A DNA stretch of 40,397 nucleotides, from NCBI GenBank assembly GCA_031422435.1, contig JANPLU010000057.1, positions 1 through 40,397 on the forward strand, in the 5' to 3' direction. Made by a program: the position numbers and the translations under genes. The notes under the pieces are model-generated. The model saw only the letters and a program-made list of their open reading frames with translations. It searched no databases and was not told the DNA's origin. This document shows positions 16,574-26,562 of this stretch, one piece after another. Origin of the DNA: Acaryochloridaceae cyanobacterium VAR_48_metabat_390. Its GTDB lineage: Bacteria; Cyanobacteriota; Cyanobacteriia; Thermosynechococcales; Thermosynechococcaceae. Within the stretch, counting starts at the first letter, position 1; the number at the start of each line of letters is the position of its first letter.

Positions 16574-18658
16574 ATGAAAGACCTCACCCTTTATCGAAAC
16601 ATTGGTATCTTTGCCCACGTAGATGCTGGCAAAACAACAACAACCGAACGAATCCTAAAGCTAACCGGAAAAATCCACAAAATCGGTGAGGTGCATGAAG
16701 GTGCGGCAACGACGGATTTCATGGAGCAGGAGCAGGAGCGCGGTATTACAATCCAGTCCGCTGCAACCACCTGCTTCTGGAAAGACCATCAGCTCAACAT
16801 CATTGATACCCCTGGGCACGTTGATTTCACCATTGAGGTGTATCGCTCCCTGAAAGTTCTTGACGGCGGCATTGGCGTATTCTGCGCTTCTGGTGGCGTA
16901 GAGCCACAGTCTGAAACCAACTGGCGCTACGCCAACGATTCTGAAGTCGCTCGAATTATCTATGTCAACAAGCTAGACCGCACCGGAGCCGATTTCTTTC
17001 GCGTGGTCAAGCAGGTTGAAGACATTTTGGCGGCGAAGCCCATGGTGATGGTGTTGCCTATTGGCGTAGAAGAAAACCTGAAGGGCATGGTCGATCTGCT
17101 CACCCGCAAAGCCTGGGTGTGGGATAACTCTGGCGACCCCCTCAACTACACCATTGAAGAAGTCCCCGCCGACATGGTGGAGCAGGTCGAACTTTACCGC
17201 GAAAAGCTGATTGAGCTGGCGGTGGAGCAAGACGATAGTCTGATGGAAAAATACCTTGAAGGCGAAGAGCTTGATGTCGAAGACATTAAGCGCTGTATCC
17301 GTAAAGGTACCCGCGACCTCGCGTTTTTCCCCACCTACTGCGGTTCGTCCTTCAAAAATAAGGGCGTGCAGCTAGTGCTAGATGCGGTGGTAGACTACCT
17401 CCCTAACCCCACAGAAGTTAAGCCTCAGCCCGAGGTGGATCTCGACGGGAACGAGACAGGAACGTTTGCGGTGGTAGACCCTGCTAAACCCTTACGGGCG
17501 CTGGCCTTTAAGATCATGGACGATCGCTTTGGTGCCCTCACCTTTACGCGTCTATACTCCGGCACCCTGTCTAAGGGAGACACGGTACTCAATACCTTCA
17601 CGGGCAAATCTGAACGGGTCAGCCGCCTAGTGGAAATGCACGCCAACTCTCGAGAAGAAATTGAGTCGGCTCAGGCTGGGGATATTGTGGCAATTGTCGG
17701 CATGAAGAATGTCCGAACGGGTCACACGCTCTGCGACCCCAAAAATCCTGCGACCTTGGAACCGATGGTGTTCCCTGACCCCGTGATCTCCATTTCCGTG
17801 AAGCCCAAAACCAAGGGCGGTGACGAAAAAATGGGAATGGCGCTAGGCAAGATGGTTCAAGAAGATCCGTCTTTCCACGTTATGACCGATGAAGAAAGCG
17901 GCGAAACCATCATCAAAGGCATGGGTGAGCTGCACCTAGATATTAAGGTGGATATCTTACGGCGGACTCATGGCGTTGACGTAGAAGTGGGTGAGCCTCA
18001 AGTGGCCTACCGCGAATCTGTGACCAAACGCATTGAAGATAGCTATACCCACAAGAAACAGTCGGGTGGTTCCGGTCAATTTGGCCGCATCGACTACATT
18101 ATCGAACCTGGGGAAGTCGGAAGTGGCTTCGAGTTTATCTCTAAGGTGTCGGGCGGTACGGTGCCACGGGAGTATTGGCCTGCGGTTGAGAAAGGATTTA
18201 AGTCCAGCATTGTGAAAGGCGTTTTGGCGGGGTTCCCCTGTGTTGACCTAAAGTTTACGCTCACTGACGGCGCATTCCACGCGGTGGATTCATCGGCGAT
18301 CGCCTTTGAAATTGCGGCGCAGGCGGGCTACCGTCAGACCATACCCAAGGCTGGCCCTCAGATCTTGGAACCCATCATGAATGTGGACGTGTTTACCCCA
18401 GACGACTACATGGGTGACGTCATTGGTGACTTAAACCGTCGTCGCGGCATGATTAAGTCTCAAGAAACAGGCCCGATGGGTGCGCGGATTAAAGCCGATG
18501 TGCCCCTCAGCGAAATGTTTGGCTACATTGGCGACCTGCGAACCATGACCTCTGGTCGTGGACAGTTCTCAATGGAATTTGGTCACTATGCGCCTTGCCC
18601 CAGCAATGTGGCAGAAGAAGTGATCAAAGAAGCCAAGGAGAGACAAGAAGCAAAGTAG
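16574..18658 (+). CDS. fusA: Elongation factor G, stand-alone paralogue outside the str operon
   Basis: [32 protein letters not shown] and HKKQSGG motifs. No rpsL, rpsG or tuf adjacent. Confidence 0.95.
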   Translation: MKDLTLYRNIGIFAHVDAGKTTTTERILKLTGKIHKIGEVHEGAATTDFMEQEQERGITIQSAATTCFWKDHQLNIIDTPGHVDFTIEVYRSLKVLDGGIGVFCASGGVEPQSETNWRYANDSEVARIIYVNKLDRTGADFFRVVKQVEDILAAKPMVMVLPIGVEENLKGMVDLLTRKAWVWDNSGDPLNYTIEEVPADMVEQVELYREKLIELAVEQDDSLMEKYLEGEELDVEDIKRCIRKGTRDLAFFPTYCGSSFKNKGVQLVLDAVVDYLPNPTEVKPQPEVDLDGNETGTFAVVDPAKPLRALAFKIMDDRFGALTFTRLYSGTLSKGDTVLNTFTGKSERVSRLVEMHANSREEIESAQAGDIVAIVGMKNVRTGHTLCDPKNPATLEPMVFPDPVISISVKPKTKGGDEKMGMALGKMVQEDPSFHVMTDEESGETIIKGMGELHLDIKVDILRRTHGVDVEVGEPQVAYRESVTKRIEDSYTHKKQSGGSGQFGRIDYIIEPGEVGSGFEFISKVSGGTVPREYWPAVEKGFKSSIVKGVLAGFPCVDLKFTLTDGAFHAVDSSAIAFEIAAQAGYRQTIPKAGPQILEPIMNVDVFTPDDYMGDVIGDLNRRRGMIKSQETGPMGARIKADVPLSEMFGYIGDLRTMTSGRGQFSMEFGHYAPCPSNVAEEVIKEAKERQEAK

Positions 18659-18713
18659 TTTATACCGTGGTGTAGACAAACTGTAGCATTGCCCATTCTT
18701 CAATATCGAATGC

Positions 18714-18752
18714 CCACAGCCCTTGGTTTTTAATACCAAGGGCTGTGGTTTT
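18714..18752 (+). terminator. Intrinsic terminator after fusA
   Basis: CCACAGCCCTTGGT / ACCAAGGGCTGTGG 14-bp stem followed by TTTT. Confidence 0.8.
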
Positions 18753-18890
18753 AGATAGACTCAACTGATGCAGATCGGCAAAGATGGCCTGGGCAAATTA
18801 GTATTCTCGTGAGATGTGGGGCAATAGCGTTCAAGCCCAACTGTAAAACATACACTCCCTAGACAAAAGCGTTACCTCAAGTGAACCAGT

Positions 18891-19946
18891 ATGACCATCA
18901 CAAAAAAATCAACAGATGTCCCTAAGGCAATGCAGGAAAAGTTTGCTAGCATTGTTGCCCTCACAGATCGTTTTGCTCAGGAACATTTGAATCCTGAATA
19001 TGCTGAGTTTATCCGGTTTGCAACCGCAGCGCTCTGCCGCAAAAGACCCTCACCCCTCGCAACTGGGACTGATAAAACTTGGGCGTGTGGCATTACCCAT
19101 GCAATTGGGATGGTCAACTTTCTCTTTGATGCTTCACAAAGTCCACATATTAGCGCAACAGATTTGTACAAGAGCTTTGGTGTCAGCGCTAGCACTGGAC
19201 AAGGGAAGTCAAAATTGGTGCGCGACACTCTAAAAATGCATCAGATGGATCCTAACTGGTGTCTTCCCAGTAAGTTAGATGATAATCCAATGGCTTGGAT
19301 GATCTCAGTGAATGGATTCATTATGGATGCAAGATCTGCACCCAGAGAGTTTCAAGAAATGGCCTATGAGGCAGGCTTAATTCCTTATATTCCAGGTGCT
19401 GATAAGCCTGAAGCTGCTGCCCCAATGTCCCCAGCGATCCGTCGTGGCAAAAAAGCTAAAGCTTCTTCTGCCGCCATACCTATCTCTCCAAACGCTTTGT
19501 TTGTCTTGAGAGTTTTTATCTTAGATGGCCCTGTTACGGAAGCATTCGCGGCTAAAAATCCGGAGATGTCGCGAGTCATTGAAATCAAGGCTAGCAGTAC
19601 CCTGAAAGATCTTCATAAAATCATCTTTAAGGCATTTAATCGCGAAGAAGAGCATTTATATGAATTTCAGGTGGGTGGACATGGCCCTCATGACCCCCAT
19701 GCACGACGCTATGGATTGACGCAGACGTTTTCAGATCCTGACAATGAACTTGCTGGAGATGTCTCTAGCACTACGCTTGGAGAGCTGGGCTTAATAATCG
19801 ACGAGTCATTCGGTTACTGGTTTGACTTTGGCGATGACTGGTGGCACCAAATTAACGTCCTGTCGATTATGGAAGATTCACCTAGCGGTAAATATCCTAA
19901 AATCACAGAACGAATTGGAGCCAGTCCTCCGCAATATGCTGACTAA
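18891..19946 (+). CDS. DUF6398-like domain fused to a plasmid pRiA4b ORF-3-like domain
   Basis: N-terminal LCRKRPSPL..WACG..VNFLFD..LIPYIP. C-terminal TLKDLH..F..HLYEF..YWFDFGDDWWH..YP..G.SPPQY. Confidence 0.7.
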   Translation: MTITKKSTDVPKAMQEKFASIVALTDRFAQEHLNPEYAEFIRFATAALCRKRPSPLATGTDKTWACGITHAIGMVNFLFDASQSPHISATDLYKSFGVSASTGQGKSKLVRDTLKMHQMDPNWCLPSKLDDNPMAWMISVNGFIMDARSAPREFQEMAYEAGLIPYIPGADKPEAAAPMSPAIRRGKKAKASSAAIPISPNALFVLRVFILDGPVTEAFAAKNPEMSRVIEIKASSTLKDLHKIIFKAFNREEEHLYEFQVGGHGPHDPHARRYGLTQTFSDPDNELAGDVSSTTLGELGLIIDESFGYWFDFGDDWWHQINVLSIMEDSPSGKYPKITERIGASPPQYAD

Positions 19947-19990
19947 TGTTGATGGGCGACTGCGCACAAGTCTACTCAAAATCACAAAAT

Positions 19991-20039
19991 AAAACGCCTC
20001 GGCTACGTTTCATTATCTCGAAGCAGCCAAGGCGTTTTT
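19991..20039. terminator. Probably bidirectional terminator between the convergent genes
   Basis: AAAACGCCTCGGCT...AGCCAAGGCGTTTTT. Confidence 0.6.
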
Positions 20040-20072
20040 GTAAGGTATCTGAAAAGAAAGAACTACCGCCGA

Positions 20073-21047
20073 TTAATCTTCAGCGTCGTCTTCTTCAGGC
20101 TCAGCCGCCACTTCTTCTTTGGCAGCCGCCGCTTCACTTGCAGCCTGTTGTGCCGCAGCCATCTGCTCACGATACTTTGCTGCCATTGCCTCAGCTTGGT
20201 CATAAACCACCTGAGGATTTTTGACCATATCGCCAGGTTCTGGCTCTAGCTGCTTGGTTGAGAGCGAGATCCGACCGCGCTCTGCATCAAGGTCAATAAT
20301 CATGACCTTCACTTCGTCGTTCACGTTAAAGACGCTATGGGGCGTATCAATGTGGTCGTGAGAAATTTCAGAGATGTGCAGCAGACCGCTCACGCCGCCG
20401 ATGTCGATAAATGCGCCGTAGGGCTTAATGCCGCGCACCGCGCCAATGACCACTTCGCCCACTTCTAGGCGGTTCATCTTACGCTCAACCAGCGCCCGAC
20501 GATGGCTGAGTACCAGACGGTTACGTTCTTCATCCACTTCCAAAAACTTGAGGGGCAGTTCTTCCCCAATCAGCTCTTCTTTGGCAGCGCGGGTGCTGAT
20601 GTGAGAACCAGGAATAAAGCCTCGTAGCCCTTCAATGCGCACCAGCGCACCACCACGGTTGGTCGCAAAGACGGCAGAGCGTACCGTTGCATCTTCGGTT
20701 TGGAGCTGACGCACCCGCTCCCAAGCGCGCATGTACTCAATGCGACGAATGGACAGGGTGAGCTGACCGTCTTCGTTTTCATCGGCAAGGATGAAAAACT
20801 CACGGGTTTCATTAGAGTTCAAAACTTCTTCAGGGTTGTCGATGCGGTTGATCGACATTTCCTGGATGGGGATATAAGCTGCGGTCTTTGCGCCAATATC
20901 AATCAGAGCGCCTCTTGGCTCGATGCTAAACACTGTCCCTGCTACGGTGTCGCCAGGGTTAAAGTGGTAGTCGTATTGGTCGAGTAAGGCTGCAAAATCT
21001 TCGTGAGTAAAGCCAACGTTTGGCGCGTCTGTTTTCTGATTGACCAT
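20073..21047 (-). CDS. rpsA: 30S ribosomal protein S1 (cyanobacterial three-S1-domain type)
   Basis: GALIDIGAK, GLRGFIPGSH and YGAFIDIGGVSGLLHISEIS. Confidence 0.95.
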   Translation of the reverse strand: MVNQKTDAPNVGFTHEDFAALLDQYDYHFNPGDTVAGTVFSIEPRGALIDIGAKTAAYIPIQEMSINRIDNPEEVLNSNETREFFILADENEDGQLTLSIRRIEYMRAWERVRQLQTEDATVRSAVFATNRGGALVRIEGLRGFIPGSHISTRAAKEELIGEELPLKFLEVDEERNRLVLSHRRALVERKMNRLEVGEVVIGAVRGIKPYGAFIDIGGVSGLLHISEISHDHIDTPHSVFNVNDEVKVMIIDLDAERGRISLSTKQLEPEPGDMVKNPQVVYDQAEAMAAKYREQMAAAQQAASEAAAAKEEVAAEPEEDDAED

Positions 21048-21322
21048 GCTTAGTATTTCCTAGTAATCCTCCGTAGTGGTGACGTCTCGCGTCGATGTTA
21101 AGTGAACATCTAAGTATAGGGAGTGCCCAATGAAGCCAGCCCACAGTGGAATAAAGCTGATTTCATCCTAGCCAGATTTAGTGCTAGGTTTATTATTTTA
21201 TCCCAGAATGACAGCTTACGGGAAGGACTTTAAATGAACTTTGGAGCGATCGCTTCTAATACTTAGAACTTACAGCCCCAAAAAGTTGGGGATTGTTCTG
21301 CTTAATTTCTAAAAATATGCTT

Positions 21323-23047
21323 TTAAGCCTTGGCTTTCTTCTTTTGTTTCTTCGCTGCCTCTTTTTCCAATTGCTTGGCTCTTTTTTCAGCATCTTTGGC
21401 TGACTTGTTTGCCGCTAACTTCCCTAACTTTGCCTGCTCCTTTTCCTCTTCGATCTTGTCTAGATAATAGTGGTAGTCGCCCCGATAGAGCCGCAGTTCA
21501 CCATCCCGCACCTCAACAATTTTGTTGGCGACCTGCTCTAAGAAAAAGCGATCGTGGGACACAATAATGGCGCTGCCTTCATAGTTTTGCAGGGCTTCTT
21601 CGAGCATCTCTTTGGCAGGGATATCGAGGTGATTGGTCGGCTCATCCAAAATCAGCAGGTTGACCGGACGCAGCAGCATTTTAGCCAAGGCCAGCCGCGC
21701 TTTTTCGCCACCGCTTAGTGCCTCAACCCGTTTGAATGCGGTATCGCCACTAAACAAAAAGCGGCCTAATAATGTCCGAACCTCTTCATTGCTCCATTTA
21801 GGCACTTCATCGTGAATCGTTTCTACAACGGTTTTATTGAGGTCAAGGGCTTCAGCTTGGTTTTGCTCAAAGTAGCCCATAATAACGTTGTGTTCGCCCA
21901 GGGTTACGCTGCCTTCATCGGGTTTTTCGCTGCCAATCATCATGTGCAGCAGGGTCGATTTACCTGCACCATTGGGGCCAAGGATAGCAATGCGATCGCC
22001 CCGTTCGATGAGCAAGTTGGCATCTAAAAACAAAATCTTGTCGCCATAGCTTTTGACAAGGTTTTGAATCACCACCGTCTCTCGACCGCTACGGGGCGCA
22101 TCGGGAAATCGAAACCGTAGGGTTCGCACGCTGCCCGTGGGCGCTTCAATGCGCTCAATTTTATCAAGCTGTTTTTCGCGGCTTTTCGCTTGGGTGCTGC
22201 GGGTGGCGCTGGCGCGGAACCGATCTACAAAGGTCTGCTGCTTTTCAATTTCTTTTTGCTGACGCTCATAGGTACTGAGCTGAGCGGCCTGCATTTCGGC
22301 CTTTTGCAAAAGATAGGCAGAATAGTTGCCGAGATAAGTGCTAGAAACCCCTCGCTCTGTTTCGACAATCTGGTTGCAGAGTCGATCTAAAAAGGCGCGG
22401 TCATGGGACACCACCACCATTGGTGTGGTTAAGCCGCGCAGATAGTTTTCGAGCCACTCAATGGTTTCGAGGTCTAAGTGGTTGGTCGGCTCATCTAGCA
22501 GCAGCAGGTCTGGCGTTTGCAGCAGAATTTTGCCCAAGCTCATGCGCATTTGCCAGCCCCCGCTGAAGGCGCTGACCAGGCGATCGCCATCCTCAGCCGT
22601 AAAGCCCATCTCTGGCAAAATCTTTTCAATTTGGGAATCTAACCCATAGCCATCCAGCGCTTCAAACTTACGCTGAAGCTTATCCATCTTGTCAATTAAA
22701 ATGTCTAGTGCCTTGGGGTCAGCCGTCTCCATCTTGAGATGCACTTCTGAAAGTGCATGGTTAATCGCATTGGCCTCATGGAACACCGTCCAAAACTCTT
22801 CGCGCACCGTGCGGGTGGGGTCTACCTCAAACTCTTGGGTTAGGTAGGCAATCTTAAGGCTGTTAGGGCGAACGACCTGCCCTGTGGTTGGCTCCATTTC
22901 GCCCGCAATAATTTTGAGCTGCGTTGATTTACCCGCACCGTTGACCCCCACCAAGCCAATGCGATCGCCTGTTTTGACTTCCCAATTAATATCTTTGAGA
23001 ACTTCCCCAGTGGGATAAATCTTACTAACATGTTCCAGGCGCAGCAT
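21323..23047 (-). CDS. ABC-F family ATPase
   Basis: Two ABC cassettes (GVNGAGKST/FSGGW/DEPTNHLD and GPNGAGKST/LSGGE/DEPTNHLD), no TM segments. Start at MLRLEHV. Confidence 0.92.
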   Translation of the reverse strand: MLRLEHVSKIYPTGEVLKDINWEVKTGDRIGLVGVNGAGKSTQLKIIAGEMEPTTGQVVRPNSLKIAYLTQEFEVDPTRTVREEFWTVFHEANAINHALSEVHLKMETADPKALDILIDKMDKLQRKFEALDGYGLDSQIEKILPEMGFTAEDGDRLVSAFSGGWQMRMSLGKILLQTPDLLLLDEPTNHLDLETIEWLENYLRGLTTPMVVVSHDRAFLDRLCNQIVETERGVSSTYLGNYSAYLLQKAEMQAAQLSTYERQQKEIEKQQTFVDRFRASATRSTQAKSREKQLDKIERIEAPTGSVRTLRFRFPDAPRSGRETVVIQNLVKSYGDKILFLDANLLIERGDRIAILGPNGAGKSTLLHMMIGSEKPDEGSVTLGEHNVIMGYFEQNQAEALDLNKTVVETIHDEVPKWSNEEVRTLLGRFLFSGDTAFKRVEALSGGEKARLALAKMLLRPVNLLILDEPTNHLDIPAKEMLEEALQNYEGSAIIVSHDRFFLEQVANKIVEVRDGELRLYRGDYHYYLDKIEEEKEQAKLGKLAANKSAKDAEKRAKQLEKEAAKKQKKKAKA

Positions 23048-23269
23048 GGGAGACTCCAATCGGTCAGATATAAACAGATATAAAATTTTAGGCAGCAGCT
23101 CAATACCAACGCCAAAGCGATGACCAAACAGTTCACCATTATAGAACCCTCCGTCATTCAGTCGCTGACGTGGGGGCATCTTGATAGACGATAATGCGAA
23201 GAGCGTTTGCTGCTCAATATCCTAACCGTCAACGCCTGATTTGTATGTGCCTTAAGGAACTTGAGCTAG

Positions 23270-24247
23270 ATGAATGTCAAACAATGGTTAAGTCGCCAAG
23301 AACCCGCTTGGCAGCGGCTCATCACGCTGCTCAATCGCGCTGAGAAGCAGGGCATGAAGCGGCTGTCTGCCTCTGAGGTGCGGGAGCTTAGCAGCCTCTA
23401 TCGCAAAGTAAGTTCTGATCTTTCTCGCGCTCGGACGCATCAGGTAGGTGTTGTGGTGATTGAGCAGCTGACCAACCTCACCATGCGCAGCTACACCCAG
23501 ATCTATAAGGGCGGTCGCCGTCAAAACTGGCGAGATGTGCTGGAATTTTATCTTCGAGGATTTCCAGCAGTGGTGCGTGAGACCTTCCCCTACATTGCGG
23601 TTTCTACCGCCATCTGCCTGTTGGGAGCGCTGGTCGGCTGGTGGTACGGCTGGCGTGACCCTGCTTTTCTATCTATCGTTATCCCTCCTCATATTTTGAC
23701 CTTGGTACAAGATAAGGGCGAACTGTGGATGGGTTCTATTGTTGGCGTTGAGCCGATGGCTTCTTCTGCCATTATGCGCAACAACATTAGCGTCACTATT
23801 TCTGCCTTTGCGGGTGGCATGTTGGCGGGTACTTGGACGACGTTTATTCTTTGGAATAATGGACTGAGTATTGGGGCGATCGCCACCCTCGTCGGCAAAT
23901 ATCACCTTGCCTACCCCTTCTGGGCGTTTGTGTTGCCTCATGGGGCGCTGGAGCTACCCGCCATTTTTATATCGGGTGGGGCAGGGCTGCTGTTGGCAAG
24001 GGCGATCGTGTTTCCTGGGCAATATCGCCGCAGAGATAAGCTTAAGCAGCTCGGCAGCAAAGCTATTCAGCTAATGTTTGGCGTGGTGCCCATGCTGTTT
24101 ATTGCAGGAATTATCGAAGGTTTTTTCTCCCCTTCTCTGGCTGTCCCTTCGTCCTTGAAATATCTAGTGGGAGTAGTTTTGTTTGGGCTTTTGGTCCTTT
24201 ACATTAGCTACCGTCCTCCGGCTCCTGAATTGCAGCAGCCACAATAG
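23270..24247 (+). CDS. SpoIIM/DUF95-family membrane protein
   Basis: LYRKVSSDLSRART, IMRNN, LPHGALELPA and AGIIEGF motifs. Confidence 0.88.
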   Translation: MNVKQWLSRQEPAWQRLITLLNRAEKQGMKRLSASEVRELSSLYRKVSSDLSRARTHQVGVVVIEQLTNLTMRSYTQIYKGGRRQNWRDVLEFYLRGFPAVVRETFPYIAVSTAICLLGALVGWWYGWRDPAFLSIVIPPHILTLVQDKGELWMGSIVGVEPMASSAIMRNNISVTISAFAGGMLAGTWTTFILWNNGLSIGAIATLVGKYHLAYPFWAFVLPHGALELPAIFISGGAGLLLARAIVFPGQYRRRDKLKQLGSKAIQLMFGVVPMLFIAGIIEGFFSPSLAVPSSLKYLVGVVLFGLLVLYISYRPPAPELQQPQ

Positions 24248-24370
24248 CCTGAGACAGTCAGTTTTAAGTGGCATTGCTGTACCCTTAAAGCAGGGGGAGA
24301 AACTACATTTCGCATGTTGCTAAGATCACCAGGTGGCTCCCTTGGGCTTTTTCGATGGCGGATGTTAACG

Positions 24371-24931
24371 ATGCAGTGTCCCTTTTGTCAGCATACCGAT
24401 AGCCGAGTTTTAGAATCGCGCTCTGCCGAATCTGGACACAGTATTCGCCGGCGCCGTGAATGCTTAGATTGCAGTCGTCGCTTTACAACCTATGAGCGCA
24501 TAGAATTCGTCCCTATTACCGTTATTAAACGAGATGGGCAGCGCGAGTCTTTTGATCGCTCTAAGCTATTGCGAGGTATTGTTACAGCCTGCGGCAAAAC
24601 AGGACTCACGTCAGTGCGGCTAGAAGCATTAGTAGACGACATTGAAGCAGAACTTCAGCAGCGTGCCGTGCGTGAAGTCACCAGCACCGAAGTGGGCGAG
24701 GCGGTCTTACAGTCTCTGAAGCAGTTGAGTGAGGTTGCCTACGTTCGCTTTGCATCAGTCTATCGCCAGTTTCAAGGCATTCGAGACTTCGTAGAAGAGC
24801 TGCACAGCCTACAAACTGATTCGACGTTAGCAGTGCCAACGTCAAGCAGCCTTGGGGAGCCGAAAGCAGTTGCAGTAGAGCAAACTGACTTGTCTTCTCC
24901 TTCTATTATTTCGTGGGTATCTCCAACCTAG
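24371..24931 (+). CDS. nrdR: Transcriptional repressor NrdR
   Basis: [30 protein letters not shown] zinc ribbon, ATP cone and [10 protein letters not shown]. Confidence 0.95.
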   Translation: MQCPFCQHTDSRVLESRSAESGHSIRRRRECLDCSRRFTTYERIEFVPITVIKRDGQRESFDRSKLLRGIVTACGKTGLTSVRLEALVDDIEAELQQRAVREVTSTEVGEAVLQSLKQLSEVAYVRFASVYRQFQGIRDFVEELHSLQTDSTLAVPTSSSLGEPKAVAVEQTDLSSPSIISWVSPT

Positions 24932-25110
24932 GCGATAATAGGCCAACACCAAGAATTGAGTACCGTGGGAAACAGGGCAACTTTCGTTGGAAACCGGACG
25001 TGAATGACCTTATTTCCCCAAACATCAGCGCTAGGAACCCATTGGTCGCTCTTCTTTCCTTAGGGACAGATTACACGCTTTATTTTTCAATTCACAGTGA
25101 ATTGACCGAC

Positions 25111-25426
25111 ATAGCACTACAACCATAAGGATAGTCTTCTCGGTTATCCGTTCCTGCTTCATCCACGTAGACAAGTTGATGCGGGTGTATGGTTTTTAGT
25201 CGCTCCTTAAATGCTTCTCGCTGGATTTCATCGCGTTCTTGATATCCATACGTCTTTTTTTTCGACTCACTCCAATTTTGCGCAGAGCGTCACTGAGGTT
25301 GTGTTGACTCACATTGTCGCCCCATAGCTTTATCATTTGCGCTTGGGTCTTATCTCCATGCTGTTTGGCAAATTCACAAAACCGCTCCCAGTGTGTGATT
25401 TTATGGCAGCAACCTTGTTGATAATG
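25111..25426 (-). mobile_element. IS630-family transposase internal fragment with A8 -1 frameshift site
   Basis: HKITHWERFCEFAKQHGDKTQAQMIKLWGD...KIGVSRKK, then (-1) KTYGYQERDE...LVYVDEAG. A8 run at 25255-25262. Confidence 0.85.
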
Positions 25427-25650
25427 GGTAGATGCATTAAATCGAGCTGCTTCAAAAACGCATAGGCTTTACGCGAAGGCGTGGGCAGTTGAGCAGGCAT
25501 CATTCGAGCTGAGGCACACAACTGCTCAGTGGCTTTGAGGGTGGCTCTCACCTGCTGCCGAAATTCTTCTACACGTTCGGCGGCAATGTCCACTGTGAGC
25601 TGCTCTCAAACTTGATTAGAGGCCGCGAGGAGTCCTTTGATTCGCACAAT
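25427..25650 (-). pseudogene. 5' fragment of a cyanobacterial gene (resembles the N-terminus of SprT/YgjP-like metallopeptidase proteins), with nonsense codon and truncation
   Basis: IVRIKGLLAASNQV*EQL...PAQLPTPSRKAYAFLKQLDL, in-frame TGA at 25606-25608, fused to the IS630 fragment. Family call is from recall only. Confidence 0.45.
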
Positions 25651-25700
25651 TCATTACTGGGGTCAGGATGTGGCTATTTTAGCCCTAGGTTTGGCTGCAA

Positions 25701-26531
25701 TCAGGGCAAAACAGTTGGATTTGACTGGGGTGGTAATTGAGGTTGGAAATGCTTCGGCCAAATGCGATCGCAGAAAAACAGCGTCCCTGATGCCACGCAG
25801 AGGGGCACGGTAAGCAAGTTAAGGAGCGGAATGCTGACGAGAAAGAGTGAAACCAGGCCAAAGCTCGCCGTTGCGGGGAGGGTTCTATAAATGATGCCCA
25901 GCTTTTGACGGAACTTAAGGCGGCGGCGTTCGAGCGGTGCATCTAGAAAGTCGAGGCAGACCAGCGTTGCGCCCAAGGTGATGCCCCCGATGGTTGCAAA
26001 CGTAGAGCCTAACCCCGGCAGCACGTTAAGAATAAGACAGGTGCCGCCGATCATTACAATTAGCGCTAATTTTTTGAGTTCGTGCAGCAGCGCTCGCCCT
26101 ACTTCTTGAAGTGGCCCAATTTCAATAACCTGAAGCTGCTGAGTTTGGATTTGCTCAATTTTTTCAGAAAGCTTGCCGTACCACGGTGCCCCCAATAGCG
26201 TGCCAAACTGGGCAAGCAAAATGCCAATCACTAAAAATAGTCCAAGGCTCAGCAACACTCGAAACACCCAGCCGATTCCCGTGCCCAGGTCATCTACAAA
26301 GCCGAGCCAAGAAGGCAGCGTTGTGACCCACTGAGCCAAAAACCCATCAAAGTTGCTGAGTTCTGTATTAATCCAGCGCCAGCTTGGGGTAAAGATGCCA
26401 AGATATAGCCCTACCCCCAACACCACATTCAGCAATAGCGGAAAAATAAGGTAGGTCAGTAAAGTGGGCTTCCGCACAAAGAGCGCTAGTGCGCGAAAGG
26501 CATAGGTGCCGCCCGTAATCAGTCCGGTCAT
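25701..26531 (-). CDS. EI24/CysZ-like membrane protein
   Basis: GAPWYGKLSEKIE, CLDFLDAPLERR and IPLLNL motifs. Confidence 0.85.
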   Translation of the reverse strand: MTGLITGGTYAFRALALFVRKPTLLTYLIFPLLLNVVLGVGLYLGIFTPSWRWINTELSNFDGFLAQWVTTLPSWLGFVDDLGTGIGWVFRVLLSLGLFLVIGILLAQFGTLLGAPWYGKLSEKIEQIQTQQLQVIEIGPLQEVGRALLHELKKLALIVMIGGTCLILNVLPGLGSTFATIGGITLGATLVCLDFLDAPLERRRLKFRQKLGIIYRTLPATASFGLVSLFLVSIPLLNLLTVPLCVASGTLFFCDRIWPKHFQPQLPPQSNPTVLP

Positions 26532-26562
26532 AGGTAAAATTTGCTGTTAGCAGCCGATGATA

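Noticed and set aside
21048..21322. Possible autoregulatory RNA leader of rpsA
   Set aside because: No convincing stems or recognisable motif by eye; it needs an Rfam scan.
24913..25128. 71-aa ORF after nrdR
   Set aside because: Overlaps nrdR and the IS fragment, with no recognisable motif or RBS.
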